Below, one piece after another: positions 56,213 through 64,000 of a stretch of 64,000 nt of DNA. The notes beneath the pieces were generated by a model. The model searched no databases. It was not told the DNA's origin and was given only the letters and a program-made list of their open reading frames with translations. Positions within the stretch are counted from its first letter, which is position 1, and every line of letters starts with the position of its first letter. The stretch is taken from positions 65,134 to 129,133 of the forward strand of contig CANQOL010000003.1 in NCBI GenBank assembly GCA_947625475.1. The letters run 5' to 3'. The DNA comes from an uncultured Acetatifactor sp. Its GTDB lineage: Bacteria; Bacillota; Clostridia; Lachnospirales; Lachnospiraceae. The position numbers were made by a program, and so were the translations under genes.

Positions 56213-57877
56213 ATGAAAAAGGGCCAGGTATACACCGGTGTGGTGGAGCGTGTTGAGTTTCCCAACAAAGGGATCGTGCGGGTGGGGGAGGAGACATGCA
56301 TCGTAAAGAACGGCCTGCCCGGACAGAAGATTTCCTTTGCGGTCAATAAAGTGAGAAAAGGGAAGGCGGAAGCCTGTCTGCTGGAGGTGCTGGAGAAATC
56401 CCCTCTGGAGACAGGGCATCCGTGTTCCCATTTTGGCGTGTGCGGAGGATGCACCTATCTGTCCCTCCCCTACAGGGAGCAGCTTCGGATCAAGGGGGAG
56501 CAGGTAAAGGCTTTGCTGGACGGCGCCCTCTCCGGCCAGGAGGGAGGCTATGTCTGGGAGGGCATCAAGGCCAGTCCCAGGGAGTATGAGTACCGCAACA
56601 AGATGGAGTTTTCTTTCGGAGACGAGTACAGGGAAGGGCCCCTGTCTCTGGGCATGCATAAGCGGGGCAGCTTTTACGATGTGGTATACACGCCGGACTG
56701 CCGGATCGTGGACGGGGACTACCGGGTGATCTGGGGGGCGGTGCTGGCCTATTTCCGGGAGAGGGGGATCTCCTACTTCCACCGGGTCAGGCACACCGGC
56801 TATCTGCGGCACCTGCTGGTGAGGAAGGGCTTTGCCACCGGGGAGATCCTGGCGGCGCTGGTGACCACCTCCCAGGAGCCGGAGGCAGCAGGGGAGCTGC
56901 TGGAGGGCTTTAAGGAGCTGCTCTTGAACCTGGAGCGGCAGGGAGAGCTTTCCGGGCACCTGGCGGGGATCCTGCACATCACCAACGATTCCCAGGCGGA
57001 CGTGGTGCAAAGCGACGGGGCGCAGGTGCTCTACGGCAGGGAATATTTTTATGAAGAGCTGCTGGGGCTGCGCTTTCGGGTCTCTGTCTTTTCCTTTTTC
57101 CAGACCAACTCCTTCAGCGCCCAGGTGCTGTACCGGACTGCCAGAGAGTATGTGGGAGAGTGCCGGGGACAGACCGTGTTCGACCTTTACAGCGGCACGG
57201 GCACCATCGCCCAGCTCATGGCCCCCGCGGCCCGGAGGGTGATCGGCGTGGAGATCGTGGAGGAGGCGGTGGAGGCCGCCCGGGAGAACGCAGAGCTGAA
57301 CGGTTTACATAACTGTGACTTTATAGCGGGGGATGTGCTGAAGGTTTTGGACGGGCTGGAGGAAAAACCCGGGCTGATCCTGCTGGACCCGCCCCGGGAC
57401 GGGGTCCATCCGAAGGCGCTGCCCAAGATCATCGGCTACGGGGTGGAACGGATCGTGTATATCTCCTGCAAGCCCACCAGCCTGGTGCGGGATTTGGAGG
57501 CATTCCTGGCGGGCGGCTACCGGGTGGAACGGGCTGCGGCGGTGGACCAGTTCCCTTGGACGGGGAATGTGGAGACGGTCTGTCTTTTGTCCAAACTCAA
57601 TGTCGAACATCATATTGAGGTGGAATTAAATTTGGATGAGATGGATTTGACGGCGGCGGAGAAGAAGGCCAGTTATGAGGAGATTAAGGCGTATGTGCTG
57701 GAGCATAGCGGACTAAAGGTAAGTAATCTTTATATTGCGCAGGTTAAGAGGAAATGCGGGATTATTGAGAGGGAGAATTATAATAAGGCGAAGGCAGAAG
57801 GCGTGAAAGTGCCCAAGTGTCCGGAGGAAAAGGAGAGGGCAATCAGGGAGGCGTTAGAGTATTTTAAGATGGTGTAA
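56213..57877 (+). CDS. rlmD: 23S rRNA (uracil-C5)-methyltransferase RlmD/RumA-like (TRAM + [4Fe-4S] + SAM-methyltransferase) with an unusual ~95-aa C-terminal extension.
   Basis: The TRAM domain reads VYTGVVERVEF.... The cysteine cluster reads CSHFGVCGGC. The methyltransferase motifs are DLYSGTGTI and ...DPPRDG. ~460 aa would be expected, but the protein continues to 554 aa. Confidence 0.7.
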   Translation: MKKGQVYTGVVERVEFPNKGIVRVGEETCIVKNGLPGQKISFAVNKVRKGKAEACLLEVLEKSPLETGHPCSHFGVCGGCTYLSLPYREQLRIKGEQVKALLDGALSGQEGGYVWEGIKASPREYEYRNKMEFSFGDEYREGPLSLGMHKRGSFYDVVYTPDCRIVDGDYRVIWGAVLAYFRERGISYFHRVRHTGYLRHLLVRKGFATGEILAALVTTSQEPEAAGELLEGFKELLLNLERQGELSGHLAGILHITNDSQADVVQSDGAQVLYGREYFYEELLGLRFRVSVFSFFQTNSFSAQVLYRTAREYVGECRGQTVFDLYSGTGTIAQLMAPAARRVIGVEIVEEAVEAARENAELNGLHNCDFIAGDVLKVLDGLEEKPGLILLDPPRDGVHPKALPKIIGYGVERIVYISCKPTSLVRDLEAFLAGGYRVERAAAVDQFPWTGNVETVCLLSKLNVEHHIEVELNLDEMDLTAAEKKASYEEIKAYVLEHSGLKVSNLYIAQVKRKCGIIERENYNKAKAEGVKVPKCPEEKERAIREALEYFKMV

Positions 57878-57930
57878 TAATATGGAATGCAGAAGGCTTC
57901 ATTCATGAATAGAAATGTGGTATATTTATG

Positions 57931-57943
57931 TTTGGTATAATAC
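57931..57943 (+). promoter_or_regulatory. Extended -10 promoter element TGgTATAAT for the unknown two-gene cassette.
   Basis: Read from the sequence, 16 nt upstream of the RBS GAGGAGG. Confidence 0.4.
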
Positions 57944-57956
57944 GAGGAGGAAGAGT

Positions 57957-58466
57957 ATGGATAAAGAAAAGATCAAAGAAGATTTGAGCATATGTTATTT
58001 AAAGACTATTGCCGCTATAAATGGTATTGCTATGGAAAGAATAGAACATGATGAAGATAGTGTTGATGTTGTAATAAAAAAAATAATATATTTAAAAAAT
58101 GGTGGAAAGTTTAATTCACAGATAAGTGTACAGTTAAAAGCAACAGCTTCTAGTTCTCAATATAATATTAGCAATACTGAGATTTCATATTTGTTAAAGG
58201 CGAAAAACTATAATGACTTATGTGCACCAGCATCTATGCCAAGTATATTAGCTTTATTAATTTTGCCAGAAAATGAAACTGAATGGATTAGATGGAGTTC
58301 TGAAGAATTAATGATAAAAGGGAAAATGTTTTGGATTTCGTTTCAAGGTAAGGAGGAAACAAAGAATGTTAGTCATATTACTGTAAAAATACCTAAAGAA
58401 AATGAGTTAAATGCAATAACGATAGAAACTTTAATACAAAAGGTGGCAGAGGAGGGAATGATATGA
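57957..58466 (+). CDS. Small protein (169 aa) of unknown function, DUF4365-like (tentative). It is the first gene of a two-gene cassette adjacent to the type I R-M.
   Basis: MDKEKIKEDLSICYLKTIAAINGIAMERIEHDEDSVDVVIKK... resembles the N-terminal pattern of DUF4365 proteins as I recall it. Its stop overlaps the next start (ATGA). Composition is AT-rich. Confidence 0.4.
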   Translation: MDKEKIKEDLSICYLKTIAAINGIAMERIEHDEDSVDVVIKKIIYLKNGGKFNSQISVQLKATASSSQYNISNTEISYLLKAKNYNDLCAPASMPSILALLILPENETEWIRWSSEELMIKGKMFWISFQGKEETKNVSHITVKIPKENELNAITIETLIQKVAEEGMI

Positions 58467-59605
58467 TATATTCTATAAATTTTGTAGATATGACATTGAA
58501 GTTAAATCCCTTGGCAGTAGCAAAATATTTAATAGATACTCAGTGGAAAGAGTATTTGGTAAAACGAAATGATATAAAAATTTTTCAATATGAAAAAGAT
58601 GATACATTTGAACAGGTTACGGTACCGTTAGAGAAAAATTTGCGGGATTATAAACAAATAATGTACGAAACTATTTGTAAAATAGCATATATTGAAAAGA
58701 AATCTGTGGAGCAACAAATGTTATATTTACTTAATCCAAATACAGATATTTTAAAAATACGTCTTGATAGAAAAGAAGTAGAATCTGGGAATATAATGTT
58801 TGACGATGCTATACAATTGTATGATAATGCAAAAAAACTATTAGCAGCGACTGCATTAGATATTATAAATCCCAAAAGGATACATTGGGGAAGAATTGAT
58901 GATTCGGTTCAACAATTTTTGACACGATGCAGATTTGGTCAAACAGAAATTGGAAGCTATGTTGTATCTGTTGTGTGTCCGTTTGCAGAATTATCAGAGG
59001 CAGAAGGTTATAAACAGTTAAGCATATTTTCTGATGAGGAACGATGTGCTAATTCACTTACAAGAAAAGTTACAAATAGATTGATGTCTAATATTGCAAT
59101 AATTAAAAAAAAGGTAGACGAGGGTAATTTGGAATCGTTAGTCAATTATGAAGATGGTATTAGCTCAAATTTTTATGAAGCGTTAAATGGTATGGATTTA
59201 TACTCTGAAAATACGAGCGTGGAATTTATAGCAGAGTGGTCTCCTATAGTTAAAAGTAATAGAAGTCCAATCGAAAAGGTAATGATTACAAATGACTATT
59301 ATGAGCCTCTGCAAAGTGTAATATCAAAAATAAAAGAATGTACTAATGAAAGAACGGAAATAATTGGTAAGATTAAAGACCTGAAAGCGGCACCAATTAT
59401 CGATAAGCGCAAGTTTGGAACTGTGGTTGTAGTTTATATTAGCGGTAATGGCAAGGCGAAGTCCGTTAAAGTAAAATTAGATAAAGAAGATTATGATAAT
59501 GCAGTCATGGCTCATCAATATGGAAAAACAGTAAGATTGATTGGCGAGTTGAAAGAGGCACCAAGAGCAATGATGGAAAATACTTTATTTAGTGTAATTG
59601 AGTAA
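58463..59605 (+). CDS. Hypothetical protein (380 aa) with no recognisable motifs, translationally coupled to the upstream DUF4365-like gene.
   Basis: There is a 4-bp start/stop overlap. It shares the AT-rich composition of the island. No NTPase, nuclease or HTH motifs were seen by eye. Confidence 0.4.
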   Translation: MIYSINFVDMTLKLNPLAVAKYLIDTQWKEYLVKRNDIKIFQYEKDDTFEQVTVPLEKNLRDYKQIMYETICKIAYIEKKSVEQQMLYLLNPNTDILKIRLDRKEVESGNIMFDDAIQLYDNAKKLLAATALDIINPKRIHWGRIDDSVQQFLTRCRFGQTEIGSYVVSVVCPFAELSEAEGYKQLSIFSDEERCANSLTRKVTNRLMSNIAIIKKKVDEGNLESLVNYEDGISSNFYEALNGMDLYSENTSVEFIAEWSPIVKSNRSPIEKVMITNDYYEPLQSVISKIKECTNERTEIIGKIKDLKAAPIIDKRKFGTVVVVYISGNGKAKSVKVKLDKEDYDNAVMAHQYGKTVRLIGELKEAPRAMMENTLFSVIE

Positions 59606-59654
59606 TAACAAGTAAAGTAGCAATGTATTTACATGGATAATTGGAGAAAAGACA

Positions 59655-61478
59655 ATGGACAACAAAAGCATAAAAAAACTGGAAGCTGATCTTTGGGAAT
59701 CTGCAGATCTGCTCCGTGCAGGATCAAAGCTGACCTCTCAGCAGTATTGTATGCCGGTACTCGGTTTGCTATTTCTGAGGTATGCATATAGCAGATTTAA
59801 GAAAGTGGAAGAAGAGATCTTGAAGGACAGACCAGTTAGGAATGGCCGTGTAATGCCTGTGGAAGCTTCTGACTTCGCTGAGAAGAGCGCGCTGTATCTT
59901 CCGAAGGAAGCACATTATTCCTATCTGGTGAATCTGCCGGAGGATATCAAGGCTGCAAATATCGTGACTGAAAATGGGCAGCAGATGAATAGTCTGGGCG
60001 AAGTTGTGAATCATGCAATGGAGTTGGTAGAGGCTCAATCTGAACAGTTGGCCGGCGTTCTTCCGAAAGAGTACACCAATTTTGCGGATGATCTGCTGGC
60101 AGAGTTATTGCGTATTTTTAACAATAATGCTCTTGATGATGTAGGCGGCGATGTGATTGGACGCATCTATGAATATTTTCTCAGTAAGTTTGCACCGGCG
60201 GTGGCTTCTGATGACGGTGTGTTCTTTACACCGAAGTCTCTGGTAAAAATGATTGTAAATATTTTGGAACCGACTTCCGGTGTTCTGGTGGACATTGCCT
60301 GCGGCAGCGGCGGTATGTTTGTTCAATCCGGCGATTTTGTCAATAGCAAGGGAATGTCGGCCAATAAGTCAATGACGTTTTACGGGCAGGAGAAGGTTGA
60401 ATATAATGCGCAGCTCTGTCTCATGAATATGGCGGTTCATGGACTGACCGGTGTAATTAAGTCTGGAAATGAAGCCAATACTTTCTATAATGACGCTCAT
60501 AATCTAGCTGGGTGTTGTGATTATGTGATGGCGAATCCGCCTTTCAATGTGGACAAAGTAAAGGCAGAAGCGGCTCAAAATGCAGGGAGATTGCCGTTTG
60601 GCCTGCCGGGTGTGAACAAGGCAAATGAAGTTGGTAATGCAAACTATTTGTGGATTTCTTATTTTTATGCGTATCTTAATGAAACCGGAAGAGCCGGTTT
60701 TGTTATGGCATCTTCTGCAACAGATAGCCAAGGTAAAGACAAGGACATTAGAGAGAGACTGATTAAGACCGGTCATGTGGATGTGATGATCAGTGTTGGA
60801 AATAATTTCTTTTATACAAAGAGCCTGCCTTGTAGCTTATGGTTTTTCGATAAGGGAAAAGCAGAGAATCTGAAGGATAAGGTACTGTTTATTGATGCCA
60901 GAAATTATTATACTGTTGTGGATCGCACCCTGAATGAATGGAGCGACTGGCAGTTGAAAAACATGAATGCCATTGTGTGGCTGTATCGTGGAGAAACTGA
61001 CAAGTACCAACAGCTTATAGAGGAATACCATGCTGTTTTGGGAAAGGGTGATTTTGAAGAAATCCTTCATGTCCAGGAGGAGCGCATTAAGACACTGAGA
61101 ATCGAAACCAAGGCAACTGTAGATGCTGCGGCAAAGAAGGATAAGAAGAGAATCCAGGCAGAATTTGATGAGAAAGTAGCCGAGCAGGAAGAACAGCTCA
61201 CGATAGCTAAGGAAGCAGTATGGCTATACAGTAAATTTGGCGATGGAGAGTATCAAGATATTCCTGGTTTCTGCAAGATTTCTAATCGGGATGAAATTGA
61301 AGAAAAAGGCTGGTCATTGACTCCAGGTGCATATGTTGGTGTTGCTCCGATCGAGGATGACGGTGTTGATTTCCATGAACGTATGGATGAGATCCATGAA
61401 GAATTATTGAAGCTTCAGGAGGAGAGTAACCGACTGATGGATACCATCTCAAAGAACTTAAAGGAGATGGGGATATGA
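59655..61478 (+). CDS. hsdM: Type I restriction-modification system DNA methyltransferase subunit HsdM.
   Basis: The HsdM N-domain reads LWESADLLRAGSKLTSQQYCMPVLGLLFLRY. The SAM-binding motif is VDIACGSGGMF. The catalytic motif NPPF is present (VMANPPFNVD). Confidence 0.85.
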   Translation: MDNKSIKKLEADLWESADLLRAGSKLTSQQYCMPVLGLLFLRYAYSRFKKVEEEILKDRPVRNGRVMPVEASDFAEKSALYLPKEAHYSYLVNLPEDIKAANIVTENGQQMNSLGEVVNHAMELVEAQSEQLAGVLPKEYTNFADDLLAELLRIFNNNALDDVGGDVIGRIYEYFLSKFAPAVASDDGVFFTPKSLVKMIVNILEPTSGVLVDIACGSGGMFVQSGDFVNSKGMSANKSMTFYGQEKVEYNAQLCLMNMAVHGLTGVIKSGNEANTFYNDAHNLAGCCDYVMANPPFNVDKVKAEAAQNAGRLPFGLPGVNKANEVGNANYLWISYFYAYLNETGRAGFVMASSATDSQGKDKDIRERLIKTGHVDVMISVGNNFFYTKSLPCSLWFFDKGKAENLKDKVLFIDARNYYTVVDRTLNEWSDWQLKNMNAIVWLYRGETDKYQQLIEEYHAVLGKGDFEEILHVQEERIKTLRIETKATVDAAAKKDKKRIQAEFDEKVAEQEEQLTIAKEAVWLYSKFGDGEYQDIPGFCKISNRDEIEEKGWSLTPGAYVGVAPIEDDGVDFHERMDEIHEELLKLQEESNRLMDTISKNLKEMGI

Positions 61479-62611
61479 GTTGGGAATATGTGACATTGGA
61501 TATGCTTGGAGAAGTTTCAAGAGGAAAATCAAAACATAGACCAAGAAATGATGCGTCTCTGTTTGGCGGCAAATATCCATTTATACAAACAGCTGATGTT
61601 AAAGATGCACCTTTTTACATCACATCGTATAGTGACACTTATAATGAAACAGGTCTCGCGCAAAGCAAGCTATGGAAGAAGGGAACTCTTTGTATTACTA
61701 TTGCTGCAAATATTGCAGATACTGCAATACTTGATATTGATGCGTGTTTTCCAGATAGCGTAATGGGCTTTATACCTTATGAAGAAATCTCGGATGTAAG
61801 ATTTGTCAAGTATAGTTTTGATATGTTGCAACGGGATATGCAGCAAATATCACAGGGAACAGCTCAGGATAATCTCTCGTGGAAGAAACTATCTACAATA
61901 AGGTTTCCGAAACCTCCGATTGAAGTGCAAAGGAAGATAGCAGATGCTTTAGTTTCATATGAGGATTTAATTGAGAACAATCAGAAACAAATCAAATTAC
62001 TGGAGGAAGTAGCGCAGAGACTGTATAAAGAATGGTTTGTGGATCTGCGTTTTCCGGGATATGAAAACGTGGAAATTGTTGATGGTGTGCCAGAGGGATG
62101 GAAGTTAGTAGGACTAAATAAATTAGCACCTATTCTTACAGGGAAAAAAGATGCTAATTATGGAACAAGAGATGGGAAATATCTATTTTTTACTTGCGCA
62201 CAAGAACCAATAAAAGCCCCAAGTTATTCTTTTGACTGTAGTGCGGTAATACTCGCAGGAAATGGTGATTTTAATGTAAAGCTTTATCGTGGGAAATTTG
62301 AAGCATATCAGAGAACGTATGTATTTAATCCAACTGATGAAAAGAATTTATATTTAATATTCCACGCAGTGAGAGAAAATATGAGAAATTTGTTTCAAGG
62401 AGCCAGCGGCTCCACAATTAAATTTCTTACGAAAGGAATGCTTGAAAATATAAAAGTATTTCAGCCTTCTAAAGAAATATTGACGTTCTTTAATAAATAT
62501 AGTGAGTCAATTCAGAAAAAAATAGAAGCTTTAAAACAACAGATAATTTTAGCAGCAGAAGCCCGCGACCGCTTACTTCCAAAGCTTATGTCAGGCAAAA
62601 TAGAACTGTGA
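61475..62611 (+). CDS. hsdS: Type I R-M specificity subunit HsdS (two target-recognition domains).
   Basis: Its start overlaps the hsdM stop. Length is 378 aa. Conserved central and C-terminal helical repeats are present (...LLEEVAQRLYKEWFVDLRFPG... / ...AAEARDRLLPKLMSGKIEL). Confidence 0.75.
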   Translation: MSWEYVTLDMLGEVSRGKSKHRPRNDASLFGGKYPFIQTADVKDAPFYITSYSDTYNETGLAQSKLWKKGTLCITIAANIADTAILDIDACFPDSVMGFIPYEEISDVRFVKYSFDMLQRDMQQISQGTAQDNLSWKKLSTIRFPKPPIEVQRKIADALVSYEDLIENNQKQIKLLEEVAQRLYKEWFVDLRFPGYENVEIVDGVPEGWKLVGLNKLAPILTGKKDANYGTRDGKYLFFTCAQEPIKAPSYSFDCSAVILAGNGDFNVKLYRGKFEAYQRTYVFNPTDEKNLYLIFHAVRENMRNLFQGASGSTIKFLTKGMLENIKVFQPSKEILTFFNKYSESIQKKIEALKQQIILAAEARDRLLPKLMSGKIEL

Positions 62612-62654
62612 GGTCGGTATAAACCATGGAATGATTACAAGGAGGGCATTCTTT

Positions 62655-64000
62655 ATGAAATATGAGTACTCTGAAAATGTATTGGTTCAGGACAGTGCGG
62701 CAGCTCTCATGCATGATGAGCTGGAGTGGGATGTCGTCTTTGCCTATAATACGGAAGTGCTTGGAGAGAACGGTACACTTGGCAGGAGAGATTACCATGA
62801 GATTGTCTTATGGAGATACTTTAATCAGGCTCTGAAGAAGCTGAATCCGTGGATCACAGATGAACAGATCACCGAAGCACGTCAGATGCTTTCATCACAC
62901 CTATCTTCGGCATCGTTGCTTCAGATCAACGAAGAAAATTATTTCATGATCCGAGATGGCATTCCGGTGACTGTTAAGAAGCTGGACGGGAAGACAGAGG
63001 AAAAGAAGGCTATTGTAATCGACTTTAATGATCCGGGTAATAATTATTTTCTTGCTGTGAAGGAATTGAAAATACACGGAGACCTTTATCGGAGGCGTAC
63101 AGACATCGTGGGCTTTGTAAATGGTCTGCCACTGCTATTCATAGAGCTGAAGCGGAACGATGTGGACGTGGAGAATGCCTATACAGATAATTACACAGAC
63201 TATCAGGATACGATTCCGTTCCTGTTTTACTATAATGCTTTTCTGATGCTCTCCAATGGTATGGAAGCCAAGGTTGGAACACTTGGAAGCAAATATGAGT
63301 TCTTCCATGAGTGGAAACGTCTGTCCGAGGATGGTGAAAGCAGTGTGGCTCTGGAAACGATGCTTCGAGGTATCTGTAAGAAGGAGAATTTCCTTGATCT
63401 GTATGAGAACTTCATCCTTTATGATCATTCCGATGGAAAGACCGTAAAGATTTTGGCAAGGAATCATCAATACTTGGGAGTGAATGAGGCTGTCAAGGCT
63501 TATAGAGAACGTCAATTTCGCAAAGGTAAGCTGGGTGTTTTCTGGCATACACAGGGATCCGGCAAGAGCTATTCCATGCTGTTCCTGTCACAGAAGATTC
63601 GCAGGAAGTTTCCTGGCTCTCCAACAATTGTTGTATTGACTGACCGTGATGAATTGAATAAACAGATCTGTGGCACTTTTGAAGCATGTGGACTTCTTGG
63701 TAAGACTGAAGGAAAGAAGTTTATGTCTACAAGTGGTACAGATCTGATTAATAAACTGAAGGGGAATCCAAGCTTTATTTTCACATTGATCCAAAAGTTT
63801 AATAAGCCGGATGAACCGCCAATCTATCCTGATCACGATATCCTCATTATTTCGGATGAAGCGCATCGCAGCCAATATGGTGTATTCGCTGATAATATCG
63901 AGAAGTTACTTCCTACAGCATCGCGCATCGGATTTACCGGAACACCGCTGTTATCATCCAATGAGATTACGGCCAGAACATTCGGTGGCTATATTTCCGT
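62655..64000 (+). CDS. hsdR: Type I R-M restriction subunit HsdR, N-terminal part (truncated by the window end).
   Basis: Not in the ORF track because it has no stop in the window. The RBS GGAGGG precedes the start. The nuclease/helicase N-domain is present, and the motif II DEAH box reads ILIISDEAHRSQYG near the end of the window. Confidence 0.75.
   Translation, partial: MKYEYSENVLVQDSAAALMHDELEWDVVFAYNTEVLGENGTLGRRDYHEIVLWRYFNQALKKLNPWITDEQITEARQMLSSHLSSASLLQINEENYFMIRDGIPVTVKKLDGKTEEKKAIVIDFNDPGNNYFLAVKELKIHGDLYRRRTDIVGFVNGLPLLFIELKRNDVDVENAYTDNYTDYQDTIPFLFYYNAFLMLSNGMEAKVGTLGSKYEFFHEWKRLSEDGESSVALETMLRGICKKENFLDLYENFILYDHSDGKTVKILARNHQYLGVNEAVKAYRERQFRKGKLGVFWHTQGSGKSYSMLFLSQKIRRKFPGSPTIVVLTDRDELNKQICGTFEACGLLGKTEGKKFMSTSGTDLINKLKGNPSFIFTLIQKFNKPDEPPIYPDHDILIISDEAHRSQYGVFADNIEKLLPTASRIGFTGTPLLSSNEITARTFGGYIS

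Larger units (their letters stand above)
57880..64000. other. AT-rich (~35% GC) horizontally acquired island, defence-island-like, abutting ~60% GC core DNA. It extends beyond the window end.
   Basis: A sharp compositional break falls immediately after the rlmD stop. The content is two unknown overlapping genes plus a complete type I R-M (hsdMSR). Confidence 0.6.

Overview
High-GC (~60%) Firmicutes chromosomal segment, Clostridia/Lachnospiraceae-like, ending in a sharp switch to AT-rich DNA at ~57.88 kb.

Gene content from the left:
- 3' end of a sensor histidine kinase.
- Maltodextrin/pullulan utilisation locus: CUT1 substrate-binding lipoprotein, MalF/MalG-type permeases, a second large lipoprotein, a secreted GH13 amylase and a cytoplasmic fusion of amylo-alpha-1,6-glucosidase with type-I pullulanase.
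- An FKP-like L-fucokinase/GDP-fucose pyrophosphorylase and a MATE exporter.
- A 2136-aa surface adhesin with a putative thioester domain, many Cna-B/SpaA-like domains and near-identical tandem repeats, followed by a class-B sortase.
- CIRCE-groES-groEL.
- A putative type I toxin-antitoxin locus, with a second orphan copy of its sRNA 3 kb away.
- An internalin-like LRR protein, a flavoprotein, typA, a tandem-OB SSB-like protein and a CobO-like adenosyltransferase.
- A probable lysine riboswitch upstream of dapA-dapB, a HIS6-type HisA, csp, an M23 peptidase and a YerC/TrpR-like protein.
- An unusual signalling cluster: DUF1836, an AdoHcyase-like protein, a MATE transporter fused to an RsbW/SpoIIAB-like GHKL domain, a membrane PP2C phosphatase and CotH.
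- An orphan NMT1-type SBP, an XRE regulator, an SPFH protein with triple zinc ribbon plus a membrane zinc-ribbon partner, pcrA and an rlmD-like methyltransferase with a C-terminal extension.
- An AT-rich island: two overlapping unknown genes (first DUF4365-like) directly upstream of a type I R-M system (hsdM, hsdS, partial hsdR).

Best novel-system candidates: the two-gene cassette in the defence island, the type I TA locus with its duplicated sRNA, and the MATE-GHKL/PP2C pair. No rRNA, tRNA or CRISPR seen.
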